Source of the DNA: a virus
IMG/VR virus record: IMGVR_UViG_3300022902_000006
Strand: one strand, 5' to 3'
Length of the DNA: 64,000 nt
Position 1 is the stretch's first letter. Each line of letters starts with the position of its first letter. The translations under genes and the position numbers were made by a program. Of the stretch, positions 29,551 to 38,752 are shown piece after piece. Under the pieces are notes generated by a model that saw nothing but the letters and a program-made list of their open reading frames with translations, was not told the origin of the DNA and ran no database searches.

Positions 29551-29627
29551 ACGCCTGTAGCTCCAAGCTGGCAGAGCGCCCGGACTAAGGTCCCGGGAGG
29601 TCGCAGGTTCGAACCCTGTCAGGCGTA
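29551..29627 (+). ncRNA. tRNA-like RNA with an atypical anticodon arm
   Basis: Acceptor ACGCCTG/CAGGCGT, D and T arms canonical; anticodon stem CCCGG/CCGGG closes 9 nt (ACTAAGGTC). Confidence 0.75.
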
Positions 29628-30110
29628 TCAGGAACCCAGGCTCTTGATGTAGAAGTAGGCCGCTGCAATCGCGGCGGGGATCATCCCTCCCAGCAAACCG
29701 TAGAGCCCCGACTTCGCCTGCAGCCGTGCCACATCCACCTTCACCGCGTGGACGCTATCCTTCAATGCAGAGAGGGCGACTGTGAGCGCATCTGCACTCT
29801 CTTTGGCCGCTGTGGCTACCCCGGCGTCCCCTTTGGCAAACGCAGCCTTCAGCTTCTCTACTGCCTTCCGTAGTTCTTCGGCAGCGGCCCGAATCTCAGC
29901 CACGTCCTCCTTATGCATGTCGAAGATTTCTTCCTGGACCTGCGCAAACCACTCCAGGTAGTGCTGCACGTGCCGTGCCCACTCCTCCCACACGGGGAGA
30001 TCCTTCTCACTCTTGATGGGCGGCGGTGGTGGTAGAAGGAATTTACCGCTGTTCCTACGCGCCACCTGGTGCACCTGGGTAACCGTCGATTGAGGGCACA
30101 ACGACACCAA
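29628..30110 (-). CDS. coiled-coil protein with C-terminal TM helix (holin/XhlA-like architecture)
   Basis: Long amphipathic helix, then GLYGLLGGMIPAAIAAAYFYI; true start probably near 30066. Confidence 0.55.
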   Translation of the reverse strand: MVSLCPQSTVTQVHQVARRNSGKFLLPPPPPIKSEKDLPVWEEWARHVQHYLEWFAQVQEEIFDMHKEDVAEIRAAAEELRKAVEKLKAAFAKGDAGVATAAKESADALTVALSALKDSVHAVKVDVARLQAKSGLYGLLGGMIPAAIAAAYFYIKSLGS

Positions 30111-30474
30111 GAATCCAGGTATCCTCTAGCGCCAACGCCCCGTGTCCCGTCTCTTTGTCCAAGTACAAGAAATCCCCCCGCTCCAGCACTTCGGTCTTCT
30201 TCTCCCCCGCTTCCGCGTACACCACCTCAAGACGCCCGCTCAGAACGATGAGCCACTCCTGGGCTCTCTCGTGCTGATGACACGGCAGCTTGGTACCTTT
30301 GCTGAACAAGCACTTCTGAACCGCACCATGGTGGTCATGCATCAGCCCATGACCAACCGCCGTGCCCCCCTCCACCTCATATTCAACAACGCTAGACATC
30401 GGCGTGGTCCCCTTGAGTTTCTTGGTCATAGCCGCCAATTCAGGCAACTTTGTCCCTGGCTTCGGAATGGGCAT
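30055..30474 (-). CDS. cupin-domain protein
   Basis: LPCHQHERAQEWLIVLSG ... LERGDFLY...GHG cupin motifs 1 and 2. Confidence 0.85.
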   Translation of the reverse strand: MPIPKPGTKLPELAAMTKKLKGTTPMSSVVEYEVEGGTAVGHGLMHDHHGAVQKCLFSKGTKLPCHQHERAQEWLIVLSGRLEVVYAEAGEKKTEVLERGDFLYLDKETGHGALALEDTWILGVVVPSIDGYPGAPGGA

Positions 30475-30594
30475 ATTCGGTGTTCCTACGTGGTCAGGTT
30501 CGTGTGCACGAAGGCTCCTGTTGTACCCATGAATAATAGTATCTTCCGCCGAAGAATTCAAACACACAAGAAAATTACACGATATACGAGAACT

Positions 30595-30635
30595 AAAAAG
30601 AAAACCCCCAACGCAAGCCGATGCGCGGGGGTTCT
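30595..30635 (-). terminator. Rho-independent terminator
   Basis: AACCCCC..GGGGGTT stem with an A-tract on + (U-tract on -). Confidence 0.55.
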
Positions 30636-30689
30636 CATCTACCAGGAAGCAGAACTTGAATGTCAGAGTGATAGACTTCGCACGGTGTG

Positions 30690-31064
30690 TCAAGGCTTGT
30701 TGACCAGGGATTCTTCATCCGTGGTGCGGTCTACAGAGAATACGACCCACTCATGTGGTGCGGTACAAACAAACATCTCCTCCGTCGTCTCAATGAAGGT
30801 CGCCGCTTCCGCAACGTAAGCCTCCTCCAACCACAGCAGCAACCCATCACTCGGCTTTTCATTCACACCCCAAACCAATGTACCAATCCCCGCAGTTGTA
30901 ACGAGTACACGCTCGTGTAAACGCACTTGGCCACTAGCGAAAGCTCTCTTCACAGCGGCAACATCATCAAACACCCACTTGACGGAGTGCTGTATGTTCA
31001 TATCTTGCACCTCATCTATGTAGGTGACCGTGACCTGGGTACCCCTAACCCCCGGCGCAGCCAT
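30690..31064 (-). CDS. hypothetical protein
   Basis: 124 aa ORF in a - strand run. Confidence 0.5.
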   Translation of the reverse strand: MAAPGVRGTQVTVTYIDEVQDMNIQHSVKWVFDDVAAVKRAFASGQVRLHERVLVTTAGIGTLVWGVNEKPSDGLLLWLEEAYVAEAATFIETTEEMFVCTAPHEWVVFSVDRTTDEESLVNKP

Positions 31065-31494
31065 CGTCAGTACCTGGGAAGCTATCGCCGTTTAGATTGA
31101 GCTTGACGTGGTCGAGGGGGCGCGGTATCGCGACCTCAACTATCACTGAGTCATGCACGTGTGCCACCACGTGCGCGTCCATCGCACCCTCCGCCGCTGG
31201 GTCAATGCCCACAATGACCTTGGTGTTCGCAGGAAGTATCTGCACCAATCCATCCTGGGGTGAGTTCCCAGGGGCAAGTACCACCTCGTACAGGCGATCA
31301 CCCACATTGCCCCGTGTACCAAGGGGAAGCGCATCTTCGTACGCCACGGCCCTGAACTCTTCCACCGACGCGTACCTCGCAGCTAAGCCCAGGGCCTCCA
31401 TCTCCGCCATGAAGTTCTTCGCGAACAACGCACCATACGCCAGCGCTTGTGCTTGTGCAGCGTCGTCCGAGGTCCCCATCACCAATCCACCCAT
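31045..31494 (-). CDS. hypothetical protein
   Basis: About 145 aa; start uncertain. Confidence 0.5.
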   Translation of the reverse strand: MGGLVMGTSDDAAQAQALAYGALFAKNFMAEMEALGLAARYASVEEFRAVAYEDALPLGTRGNVGDRLYEVVLAPGNSPQDGLVQILPANTKVIVGIDPAAEGAMDAHVVAHVHDSVIVEVAIPRPLDHVKLNLNGDSFPGTDDGCAGG

Positions 31495-32081
31495 CCAATC
31501 TGAGGGGGTCCGTCGCTCCCTGGCTCGCGCCCATCCATCGTGAAAAAAGCGTACTCCGCGCTGTCGTTGCCCTTCTCATCAAAGCTGGGCCTGGGGCGGA
31601 TGACATCCACGTTGAGTAAATTGATCTCATTCCACAGGTCAACGCGGCAGTTCGCGCCGAGAACGCTGAGGCGCATCAAGTAGAACATCAGAGACGTGGG
31701 CTTCGCCAGGAGCGTATGGCTCTTGCGGATAAACCTCTCCGCGTACGTGAAGGGAGGGTTGCCTGGTACGAAGTCGAAACGCGTGCGCGTATTCCACAGG
31801 AGGAAGTCGGCGTAGACGCGCCGCACCCCTTGTGCGCCCCCAGTCATGGAGTGTCGGAATCGCTCCACCCCGATAGGGCTCTCCTCCATGTTGCGACAGT
31901 AAATCTGGGATATGCGCGCAAAGGGCGCCGGGCCACAACCGGGTTCCAGCACACGCTTTACGCGGTAAAGCTGCTCCCCACGGCGCTCTGCCAGCATTGT
32001 GTAACCTGCGTGCACCAACGCAGGAGGGGTCAGGTACACATCCCCAAGCTCGGATTGTTTCTTCCTGTTTTTGCTACTCAT
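31479..32081 (-). CDS. small amino-DNA methyltransferase (N6A/N4C class)
   Basis: DVYLTP, VLEPGCG (motif I), GNPPF (motif IV), RPSF..G.D..EYA; no restriction partner seen. Confidence 0.8.
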   Translation of the reverse strand: MSSKNRKKQSELGDVYLTPPALVHAGYTMLAERRGEQLYRVKRVLEPGCGPAPFARISQIYCRNMEESPIGVERFRHSMTGGAQGVRRVYADFLLWNTRTRFDFVPGNPPFTYAERFIRKSHTLLAKPTSLMFYLMRLSVLGANCRVDLWNEINLLNVDVIRPRPSFDEKGNDSAEYAFFTMDGREPGSDGPPQIGWVDW

Positions 32082-33364
32082 TTTGCCACTTTATCATGGT
32101 TCTCCGACCGGCGCGTAGACGGGATGTATGGTGCATCGTCTGGACCTCGTGTATGATCCGCCACCCTCGTCACCAGCACCGCCATCCACTCGTCGGGCCG
32201 CTTACGCCGCACACCCCGCTTCCACAACGCAGACGCCAACGACCCTGTCGGCTCCATGGTCTCGAAGATGTGGTACTTCTTCTTTGATGCTACCCGGGGC
32301 TTCTCCAGCCACGCACGCGTGTCCTCACCCAAAGGAAGGGGTCCACGTCGAACGCGGATGCGATCATGCGCCCGCACATCGTACTGATACGCCTGCAGAA
32401 TGCGGAAGTCAGCCTCCTTTTTCACCTTGCGGGTCACCTCTTGAATCACCTGGTCTCGCATCACGACGGTGTAGTACGGTGGTGGCATCACCCGACCACG
32501 TATTGTGTTCTTCTTCCTAAACGATTGTACGATACGCCGATGCGCCTGCTTGCCGTGTTTGGTCTCCAAAACCGTCTTGTGATCATTCAACCACTGCACG
32601 ATGTGGGGCACGATAGTGTTCGTCCCCGTGAGGGGATACTGCCGGGAGGGCTTCAACTCGTGGCCTTTATAACGCTCAACAACCGGAGCCATGCGATGTG
32701 CATACTGCTGACGACTACCTTCAACAACACCCGCAGGGACAGACATCTCGTTGTCTAAATCTTCAAACGAAACCAGGGACACAATGTCTCCCTCCGACGT
32801 GATCAGGTGCCCATACAGCTCCCCATCCCCAAAACGTGCAGTACCAAACGACGTGGGGCCAGGGGGCTGAGTCCAACACTCTACACCGTTGAGGTCCATA
32901 CTGAAGCCCGCAGACGTAAACTCGTCGTACCCCAAGTAAAGCGTGGAGAATGGCATCTCCTTACTCAGTTCATTCCACACGAAAATATCGTCATACGTTC
33001 TCTTGGCCGCTTCCTTCACAACAGCGGCGGGCAGCGTTGGCATCACACCACCGCGCGCACGGTCTTCCACGCTCTTAGGGTGTAGCTGAACCACCAGGTC
33101 ATCCCGAGCAAGAAGAAGCGCAGCATATGCTGACTCGTACAGGCGCGCGGGTACCTCGATGATGTGTGCACGCCGTAGTAGCTCTCCAACGAACTTCACG
33201 GTGTCTCTTGCCTCTGTAGCGGCATGCGTATGGAACTTCTCGTCCTTGACGGCACCCCACTGTACGTACATCCCCCTTGTGGAGAGGAAGCGCTGCACAA
33301 TCCCAGAGTGACCGACGTCCCTGGAAAAACTCTTCATCCCTTCCGGAAGTAACGCTTTGCCCAT
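32078..33364 (-). CDS. hypothetical protein (428 aa)
   Basis: SD GGAGG; long ORF; C-terminal VRAHDRIR..V..HTRGP motif. Confidence 0.7.
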   Translation of the reverse strand: MGKALLPEGMKSFSRDVGHSGIVQRFLSTRGMYVQWGAVKDEKFHTHAATEARDTVKFVGELLRRAHIIEVPARLYESAYAALLLARDDLVVQLHPKSVEDRARGGVMPTLPAAVVKEAAKRTYDDIFVWNELSKEMPFSTLYLGYDEFTSAGFSMDLNGVECWTQPPGPTSFGTARFGDGELYGHLITSEGDIVSLVSFEDLDNEMSVPAGVVEGSRQQYAHRMAPVVERYKGHELKPSRQYPLTGTNTIVPHIVQWLNDHKTVLETKHGKQAHRRIVQSFRKKNTIRGRVMPPPYYTVVMRDQVIQEVTRKVKKEADFRILQAYQYDVRAHDRIRVRRGPLPLGEDTRAWLEKPRVASKKKYHIFETMEPTGSLASALWKRGVRRKRPDEWMAVLVTRVADHTRGPDDAPYIPSTRRSENHDKVAK

Positions 33365-33395
33365 CTCACCTCCTCCATGCTACTTTAAATTCATC

Positions 33396-33785
33396 ATGTA
33401 CATCTGGTACCCAGGACGACCTCCCGAATGCACCCCCGAACTGCTCCAACACCTCACCACTGTGCTGGAGTTATTCGACGACCTCGTAGCGCATCGAGAC
33501 AGTGTGCACCTGGACGCCATTAACAGGCAGTTCGGCCTCATGTGTGCCCTCGTAGGTGCTGAACAAGACGCCTGCCTTGACAGCGACCTGAGCCTGCGGG
33601 ACTTCCGCATGTTCTGCGAACAGGTCCCACAAGCCACCGCGCTCATGTACACCCACGAGGACTGGAAAGCACTGTTCGAAATATCCGTGGGCGTCACCGA
33701 CCTGCACCAATCCCTGGAGATTGACCATGCCCACACCTGCCCCACCCCCGAAGTTGCCAGCACGGGAGCCACCGCCACCAACTGA
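33396..33785 (+). CDS. hypothetical helical protein
   Basis: Protein-like composition; divergent from the 32078..33364 gene. Confidence 0.5.
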   Translation: MYIWYPGRPPECTPELLQHLTTVLELFDDLVAHRDSVHLDAINRQFGLMCALVGAEQDACLDSDLSLRDFRMFCEQVPQATALMYTHEDWKALFEISVGVTDLHQSLEIDHAHTCPTPEVASTGATATN

Positions 33786-33899
33786 GCCAGGGCCTACCGT
33801 GACCCCTGCGTCCCAAGCCAAGAACAAGGGCTTGCGCGCCACGACCCCCAGAGAGGAGGATCGTGCACGCTACACCCGCACCACCGGAAGAGACCTGGG

Positions 33900-34253
33900 C
33901 TAAGCGTCCTTCCCCTTCAGCTCCCCGTCCTCTTCCTTCAACCACTCGAACACCGCTGACCGCGCCTTAAAGGTCTGCCGAACCCACAACGCCGTCTTCA
34001 GGTACGCCGATGTGAGGTCCTCACGCGTGCGTGCATTCACGGGAGCAATCAGCAGCGAATACTGCCCATTCAACAGAAACACTGCACGGAAGCGGTCCTC
34101 CGCTGCGTTACTGAACAGCGCCCCTTGACCGTCTTCCAGCGTAATGTTGTTCTCCGCGAGCACCGTCTGCAGCCGCGTCTGCGACACATACCGCAGGTCT
34201 GTATTCGGCATCCAATCAATCATGTTCACCGGAATTCTGCCGCCCATTTTCAC
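33900..34253 (-). CDS. hypothetical protein
   Basis: 117 aa; coupled to the upstream gene. Confidence 0.55.
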   Translation of the reverse strand: MKMGGRIPVNMIDWMPNTDLRYVSQTRLQTVLAENNITLEDGQGALFSNAAEDRFRAVFLLNGQYSLLIAPVNARTREDLTSAYLKTALWVRQTFKARSAVFEWLKEEDGELKGKDA

Positions 34254-34666
34254 ACCTCTTCAAGTTTGATGAGGGCGTATACCTCCACCCACTTCTTCCC
34301 ACACCCAGGACAGCGTACACCTCCGCGAAGCTGCGCTTCAGGGAATTGGACCAGCTCCTCGCTGACAAGGCCACCCTTACCGCAGTACGGACACTTTGTA
34401 GGTTCTTTGAGATACTTCTCGTAGGCCGCTGTACCCAAGACACGTAGCTTGAACCGTGTCACGAGAACTGCTTCTGTGCCCACCCAGTCAACGATGAGCT
34501 GTATTTTGCACGTGGGGCAACGAAGGATAAACCCCTCCGTAATGTGTACTGTACCGTCGTCCTGTCGCCAAAGTCGTCTGTTGGTCCTTGGGCCAGGAAT
34601 ATCAGCGCCACAATCTGGACACTTGGCGCGGTGTATACTTCCTTGCGTAGTCCTCGGTGCTGTCAT
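34250..34666 (-). CDS. multi zinc-ribbon protein
   Basis: CPDCG, CPTC, CPYCG and CPGCG motifs; SD GGAGG before the ATG at 34666. Confidence 0.65.
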   Translation of the reverse strand: MTAPRTTQGSIHRAKCPDCGADIPGPRTNRRLWRQDDGTVHITEGFILRCPTCKIQLIVDWVGTEAVLVTRFKLRVLGTAAYEKYLKEPTKCPYCGKGGLVSEELVQFPEAQLRGGVRCPGCGKKWVEVYALIKLEEV

Positions 34667-35147
34667 CGCACCTCCAACACGTGCTTCATACTCCTCCTCT
34701 TTTTTTGATAAACACATCCCGTGTAGCCAGATTAGATCTGGGTCCGAGGTTCCTATCGGGCAACGAACCCCGGGAGGGGCATCATGGAGTTGTTTCTGGT
34801 GGGCGCTCCATGAACACAAGCCTGCGCATCTGACCCTAACGCGTACAACATGGCAGCAGCAGCAGCCGCCCACCTACCTACGTGTGTGAATCATTCCTTA
34901 ATTCGTGCCTCGGGGGCGCCAGTGGAATGGCGCCTACGTAGTGTCAGCGTTACGCTAACGACGCTTTCGCAACGAAAGATTCACGGCGAAGATTCTCGCC
35001 TTCTTCCACCTAATGTACAGCCTGGGTGTGGCCACGCCCTGCTACGAGGCATTACCCTCGTGGTGCACGGTGAGTCACTATACGGCAGTGAACTCCGCGC
35101 TCATCCCCCGCCCTGCCACACCCCTTGTTGCGCTGTACACCAAGACC

Positions 35148-35627
35148 TTAAATCAACAGCAGCTCTTCGTGGGGGAAGTACCCCACCTCCTCGGCGCCCA
35201 TGATCAGGGACAGCTCCTCACCGTCCGTGACGAACTCAAAGTTCATGTCGCTGTCACGACGCACCAAGGACCCCACTGCGCTGTAGAGCGCCTCGTTGCA
35301 CGCACGCCTCAGCTCTGCGACGGGCGGATTGTAGTCCGACGCCTCCATGCCGTAGAACGTCGAGTAGCGCATGTCGTTGGGGTCAAACGGGACCGTCTTC
35401 GCAGCAGCGACGCTCGCCGACATGTACCCAGTGTCGTTACGCACCAATCGACAGACCACCGTGGGGCCATCCAAGGCGAACACGGGGGTGTAGAACTCGT
35501 CGATGAAGTGGTACAACCGCGCCCAATTCTGCCACGCCTTGACCTGCGCCTGCACAGCGTCCAGGGTGGTGTCTGCCAGCTTGCGCCACACCGACACTGG
35601 AACCGAGATAACCTTCTGTTTTGTCAT
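35148..35627 (-). CDS. hypothetical protein
   Basis: SD GAGGAG; 159 aa. Confidence 0.65.
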   Translation of the reverse strand: MTKQKVISVPVSVWRKLADTTLDAVQAQVKAWQNWARLYHFIDEFYTPVFALDGPTVVCRLVRNDTGYMSASVAAAKTVPFDPNDMRYSTFYGMEASDYNPPVAELRRACNEALYSAVGSLVRRDSDMNFEFVTDGEELSLIMGAEEVGYFPHEELLLI

Positions 35628-35654
35628 GTCGCTCTCCTCGTTTGTCTCAGCATA

Positions 35655-35909
35655 TCATTTACCAGAAGGTGTTGTACCCAAAGATGGGTACAGGACGCCC
35701 ACTGTGGTGATGGGTGCTTTCAACAGCTCCTCGGACTCCATCATCCCGGGGACACTCGTGCAGTACACGGGGTCATGCTTTGCGCTACGCCCTGCGCAGT
35801 AGCTGCACATGTAATCACCCACCAAGGTACACCGTGTATTCCTGGGCAGGGTTCTGAATTGTCCTACATGGTTGAGTACCGGAATCCGTCCGTTGTCAGT
35901 CGTTGCCAT
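35655..35909 (-). CDS. small Cys-containing hypothetical protein
   Basis: CSYC motif; 84 aa. Confidence 0.5.
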   Translation of the reverse strand: MATTDNGRIPVLNHVGQFRTLPRNTRCTLVGDYMCSYCAGRSAKHDPVYCTSVPGMMESEELLKAPITTVGVLYPSLGTTPSGK

Positions 35910-36066
35910 CTTCGTTCCCTGGAATCACCACTATCACAGTGGCGTCCTTGTCGCTCGGTGGTGGATAGATCACGGCAACGCCGCGCCCACCCTCTTCAGG
36001 TGCAGCTTCGTCCGGTACCGGGGGGTACGGGTACTGATCTTCAATGTATACGTACGGCTGGTCCAT
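35896..36066 (-). CDS. small hypothetical protein
   Basis: Follows tRNA-Ala; overlaps the next gene start. Confidence 0.4.
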   Translation of the reverse strand: MDQPYVYIEDQYPYPPVPDEAAPEEGGRGVAVIYPPPSDKDATVIVVIPGNEDGND

Positions 36067-36079
36067 GTTGTTACCCATG

Positions 36080-36152
36080 TGGAGGATAAGGGACTCGAAC
36101 CCTCGACCCCGGGCTTGCAAAGCCCATGCTCTCCCAACTGAGCTAACCCCCC
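36080..36152 (-). tRNA. tRNA-Ala(UGC)
   Basis: Full cloverleaf, G3.U70, anticodon loop TT-TGC-AA; CCA not encoded. Confidence 0.95.
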
Positions 36153-36220
36153 CGAAAAAACCCGTGCACGTTACACGGGGCGCATCTCTTGTACATGATT
36201 GACCAGAGGCGTCCCTCTCA

Positions 36221-36295
36221 TGGCTGGGGCAGGAGGATTCGAACCTCCGAATGCGGGCACCAAAAACCCGTGACTTACCACTTGTCGACGCCCCA
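36221..36295 (-). tRNA. tRNA-Gln(UUG)
   Basis: Full cloverleaf, loop TT-TTG-GT, encoded CCA. Confidence 0.95.
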
Positions 36296-36481
36296 AAAAA
36301 CGCAATGTATCACACTCCTTCCTGATTTTGGGCTCCTCACCGCCGGGCCTCCCTGCAGCTACCCTGTCGGCCTTCTCAGACGAGATCCGAAGGAACAAAA
36401 AATGAAAGACGTTGCGCCTCTCTGCTCACATGAGCTTAACGAAAGAATGTAACTACGAGCTACGTGATTTCTTATACCAGT

Positions 36482-36751
36482 TTACCGCGTAAATTCGAGA
36501 ACTGTTGAGGGTGTGGTGAACCCCGGGACGACGGCGCTTGTCACGCCCGTGATGTGCCGCCCCGGGAGAGGGTCGCACCCTCGATGTCCTGGCGTGGGAG
36601 GCCAGTATTGAGGGGTCACCTCTACTACGCCATCGTGACTCTCCCGGGGGACCCAGCTATTGGCCCATGCGGTTTTTCCGAGTTGAGTCGCCTGCAACGC
36701 AAGCACTATCCACCACGAAAATAGCAATGCGCTCACCAGAACAAGGATCAT
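36482..36751 (-). CDS. secreted/membrane hypothetical protein
   Basis: SD GGAGG; N-terminal hydrophobic helix. Confidence 0.55.
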   Translation of the reverse strand: MILVLVSALLFSWWIVLALQATQLGKTAWANSWVPRESHDGVVEVTPQYWPPTPGHRGCDPLPGRHITGVTSAVVPGFTTPSTVLEFTR

Positions 36752-36876
36752 GGCTCACCTCCCTGGTGTGTTAAGGGTTGGACTACTCATTTGCAATTAC
36801 CTGCATCATCTCCTCTGCGCGACAGCGAAACCTGGAAACTCTCGGCCCCGATTAGGTGCCTACCCAGGATGACCCG

Positions 36877-37275
36877 TTACTTAATCGTTGGAGCTGCGGC
36901 CTCGGTTACCTCTTCACCGGGGAAGCGCCAGCAAAAACCTCGTGCGGTACTGCTGGTCCAGTGCACGACCGAAGTGACTCCCTCCTTCACCGTCTGCCGT
37001 CCGTACTGATCCTCCGCACCCTGATTCTTGTCCACCACGACCAAATTGATGCACGGCCAATGCTCTCCAGCCTCTTTGTAGTCGTTAAGGATGACGCCAT
37101 CGTCGCCCGTATCGTACACGTAAGGATCCTCGCTCCCCTCGGGGGCGGGTTTCCTACGCGGACAGACCAGGCGTCCTTTGGGGTCACCGTGGATGCAAAG
37201 CAGCAATGCGTCACGCTCAACGCGGTCAGCATCGATGAACACCAGGTGCATTCCAACTACCAGTTCTCGTTTCAT
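36877..37275 (-). CDS. hypothetical protein
   Basis: SD AAGGAG; PCINLVVV motif. Confidence 0.65.
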   Translation of the reverse strand: MKRELVVGMHLVFIDADRVERDALLLCIHGDPKGRLVCPRRKPAPEGSEDPYVYDTGDDGVILNDYKEAGEHWPCINLVVVDKNQGAEDQYGRQTVKEGVTSVVHWTSSTARGFCWRFPGEEVTEAAAPTIK

Positions 37276-37339
37276 ATCACTGTCTCCTTGTTGCGGCTCC
37301 GTTGCCGCGCAGAGGAGATCTGCAATTTGTTATCATCTC

Positions 37340-37759
37340 TTACGGGTACCGCCGTGTCCAGAGTCCGCACGGATTATCGAAGTCGAGGCACCAGGTTGTG
37401 AACTCCGGTGTACGAAACGGGCGTTTCCACACACAACAATAGGACCTCACCTTGTAGTGGCTCGCGGGACCGGTGAAGCACACACGGGGCTTGCGCTCTG
37501 GGGGCTGCGTTTTGTACCCATTGCTCACACACCAATCCCGCAACTGACGGTGATTCATCGCACAACCGCTGCCGAAGACGCCTGCCAACGCGAACGCCAC
37601 AACGACCGCAAGCATCCAAAGACATCCAGAACCTGTTGTTGCCTTCGGGGCCTTCGCAGGGTTACCCCCACATCGATAGCACACGTTGCCTCCCAGCCTC
37701 CACGTAGACTGCTTGTTGCAGCTACGACACAGGCCCTGAATTTCAACTTCCATGTACAC
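37340..37759 (-). CDS. Cys-rich membrane hypothetical protein
   Basis: CxxC pairs and a TM helix. Confidence 0.45.
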   Translation of the reverse strand: MYMEVEIQGLCRSCNKQSTWRLGGNVCYRCGGNPAKAPKATTGSGCLWMLAVVVAFALAGVFGSGCAMNHRQLRDWCVSNGYKTQPPERKPRVCFTGPASHYKVRSYCCVWKRPFRTPEFTTWCLDFDNPCGLWTRRYP

Positions 37760-37785
37760 AACCTACGTTGGGCACGCCGACAGTG

Positions 37786-38088
37786 TCAACCGGCATTCTG
37801 CTCAAGGGCTTTTGCGCGGGCACGTGCGCGCGTCTCCAACTTCTGTAGGTAGTTCTTGAGCTTCCACTCAGCCATAGGCGCGTGGCATTTCACCTCGTGC
37901 CGCAGGTACGTAGCCTCCTCCATTGCACCTTTTCCCGCCCAATGCACTAGCGCAGATTCTCGCATCTCCTGCAACAAGGCAATCTGCTTCACATAGTTCT
38001 CCTCCAGCGCACGCGTGCTCTTCAGCAGCGCTACTACCTTCTCCGCTGTCATCGGAGGTTTCGTATCAATATCATCGATTCCTGCCAT
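37786..38088 (-). CDS. hypothetical coiled-coil protein
   Basis: SD GAGGGG; 100 aa. Confidence 0.6.
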   Translation of the reverse strand: MAGIDDIDTKPPMTAEKVVALLKSTRALEENYVKQIALLQEMRESALVHWAGKGAMEEATYLRHEVKCHAPMAEWKLKNYLQKLETRARARAKALEQNAG

Positions 38089-38162
38089 AACCCCTCTCAG
38101 GTTGATTAAATAAACTCAGTTGATGTAGAGTGCGAAGTACACAACTCACACGGAGACGAAAC

Positions 38163-38723
38163 ATGACCCACATCGGAAAGATTCTGACCAAGGCACGCCC
38201 CACCATCCAACACTTCCGCGCACACATCCTCCTGGTGTGCCTCGCAGCCATGCTCGTCGCTTGCCCCGCTGGGATGTCCGTCTATGACCACATGCGCAAC
38301 GTGCTCAGCTACCAGGATGTGGGCACCGCGTTCTCCGACGCCATCGTGAAGCGTTGGATGTCCAAGCAGACCGACGAGGCCAAGAAAGCCGAGGTCCAGG
38401 CCAAGTACGACAAGATCAAGCTGAGCACCCTCAAGGGCATCGCCGCCCTGGAGGCGACCATCGATACCGCTGAGAACGCCGGGACCGGAGGTGACCCCAA
38501 GAAGCTGCGCGAGGACGTCAAGAAGCTCGTGGCCAAGCTCCTGGACTTCGGCCTGTCGCTGGAGAGCGCCATCACGCCCGTGGACCCACTGCCTGCGACC
38601 CCTGCGCCCGACACTGCCACACCTGCATCTGCGCCGAACAGCAACTACCTGGACGTGGTGCGCGAACGTAACCGGATCCTGGCCAGGATCGACGCGGACT
38701 TCGAGCGCCGGTTCAACTTGTAG
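38163..38723 (+). CDS. putative lipoprotein
   Basis: Basic N-terminus, hydrophobic stretch, lipobox-like LVAC; strong codon bias. Confidence 0.6.
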   Translation: MTHIGKILTKARPTIQHFRAHILLVCLAAMLVACPAGMSVYDHMRNVLSYQDVGTAFSDAIVKRWMSKQTDEAKKAEVQAKYDKIKLSTLKGIAALEATIDTAENAGTGGDPKKLREDVKKLVAKLLDFGLSLESAITPVDPLPATPAPDTATPASAPNSNYLDVVRERNRILARIDADFERRFNL

Positions 38724-38752
38724 CGCCCGCACGCCCCGCCTATAATGCTGGC

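Noticed and set aside
29551-29627. Amber-suppressor tRNA (CUA in the loop)
   Set aside because: CTA is not preceded by the invariant U33, and the loop is not 7 nt.
29402-29627. tmRNA or two-piece tmRNA
   Set aside because: Both RNAs have full D stems and lack the Ala G3.U70 pair; no tag ORF.
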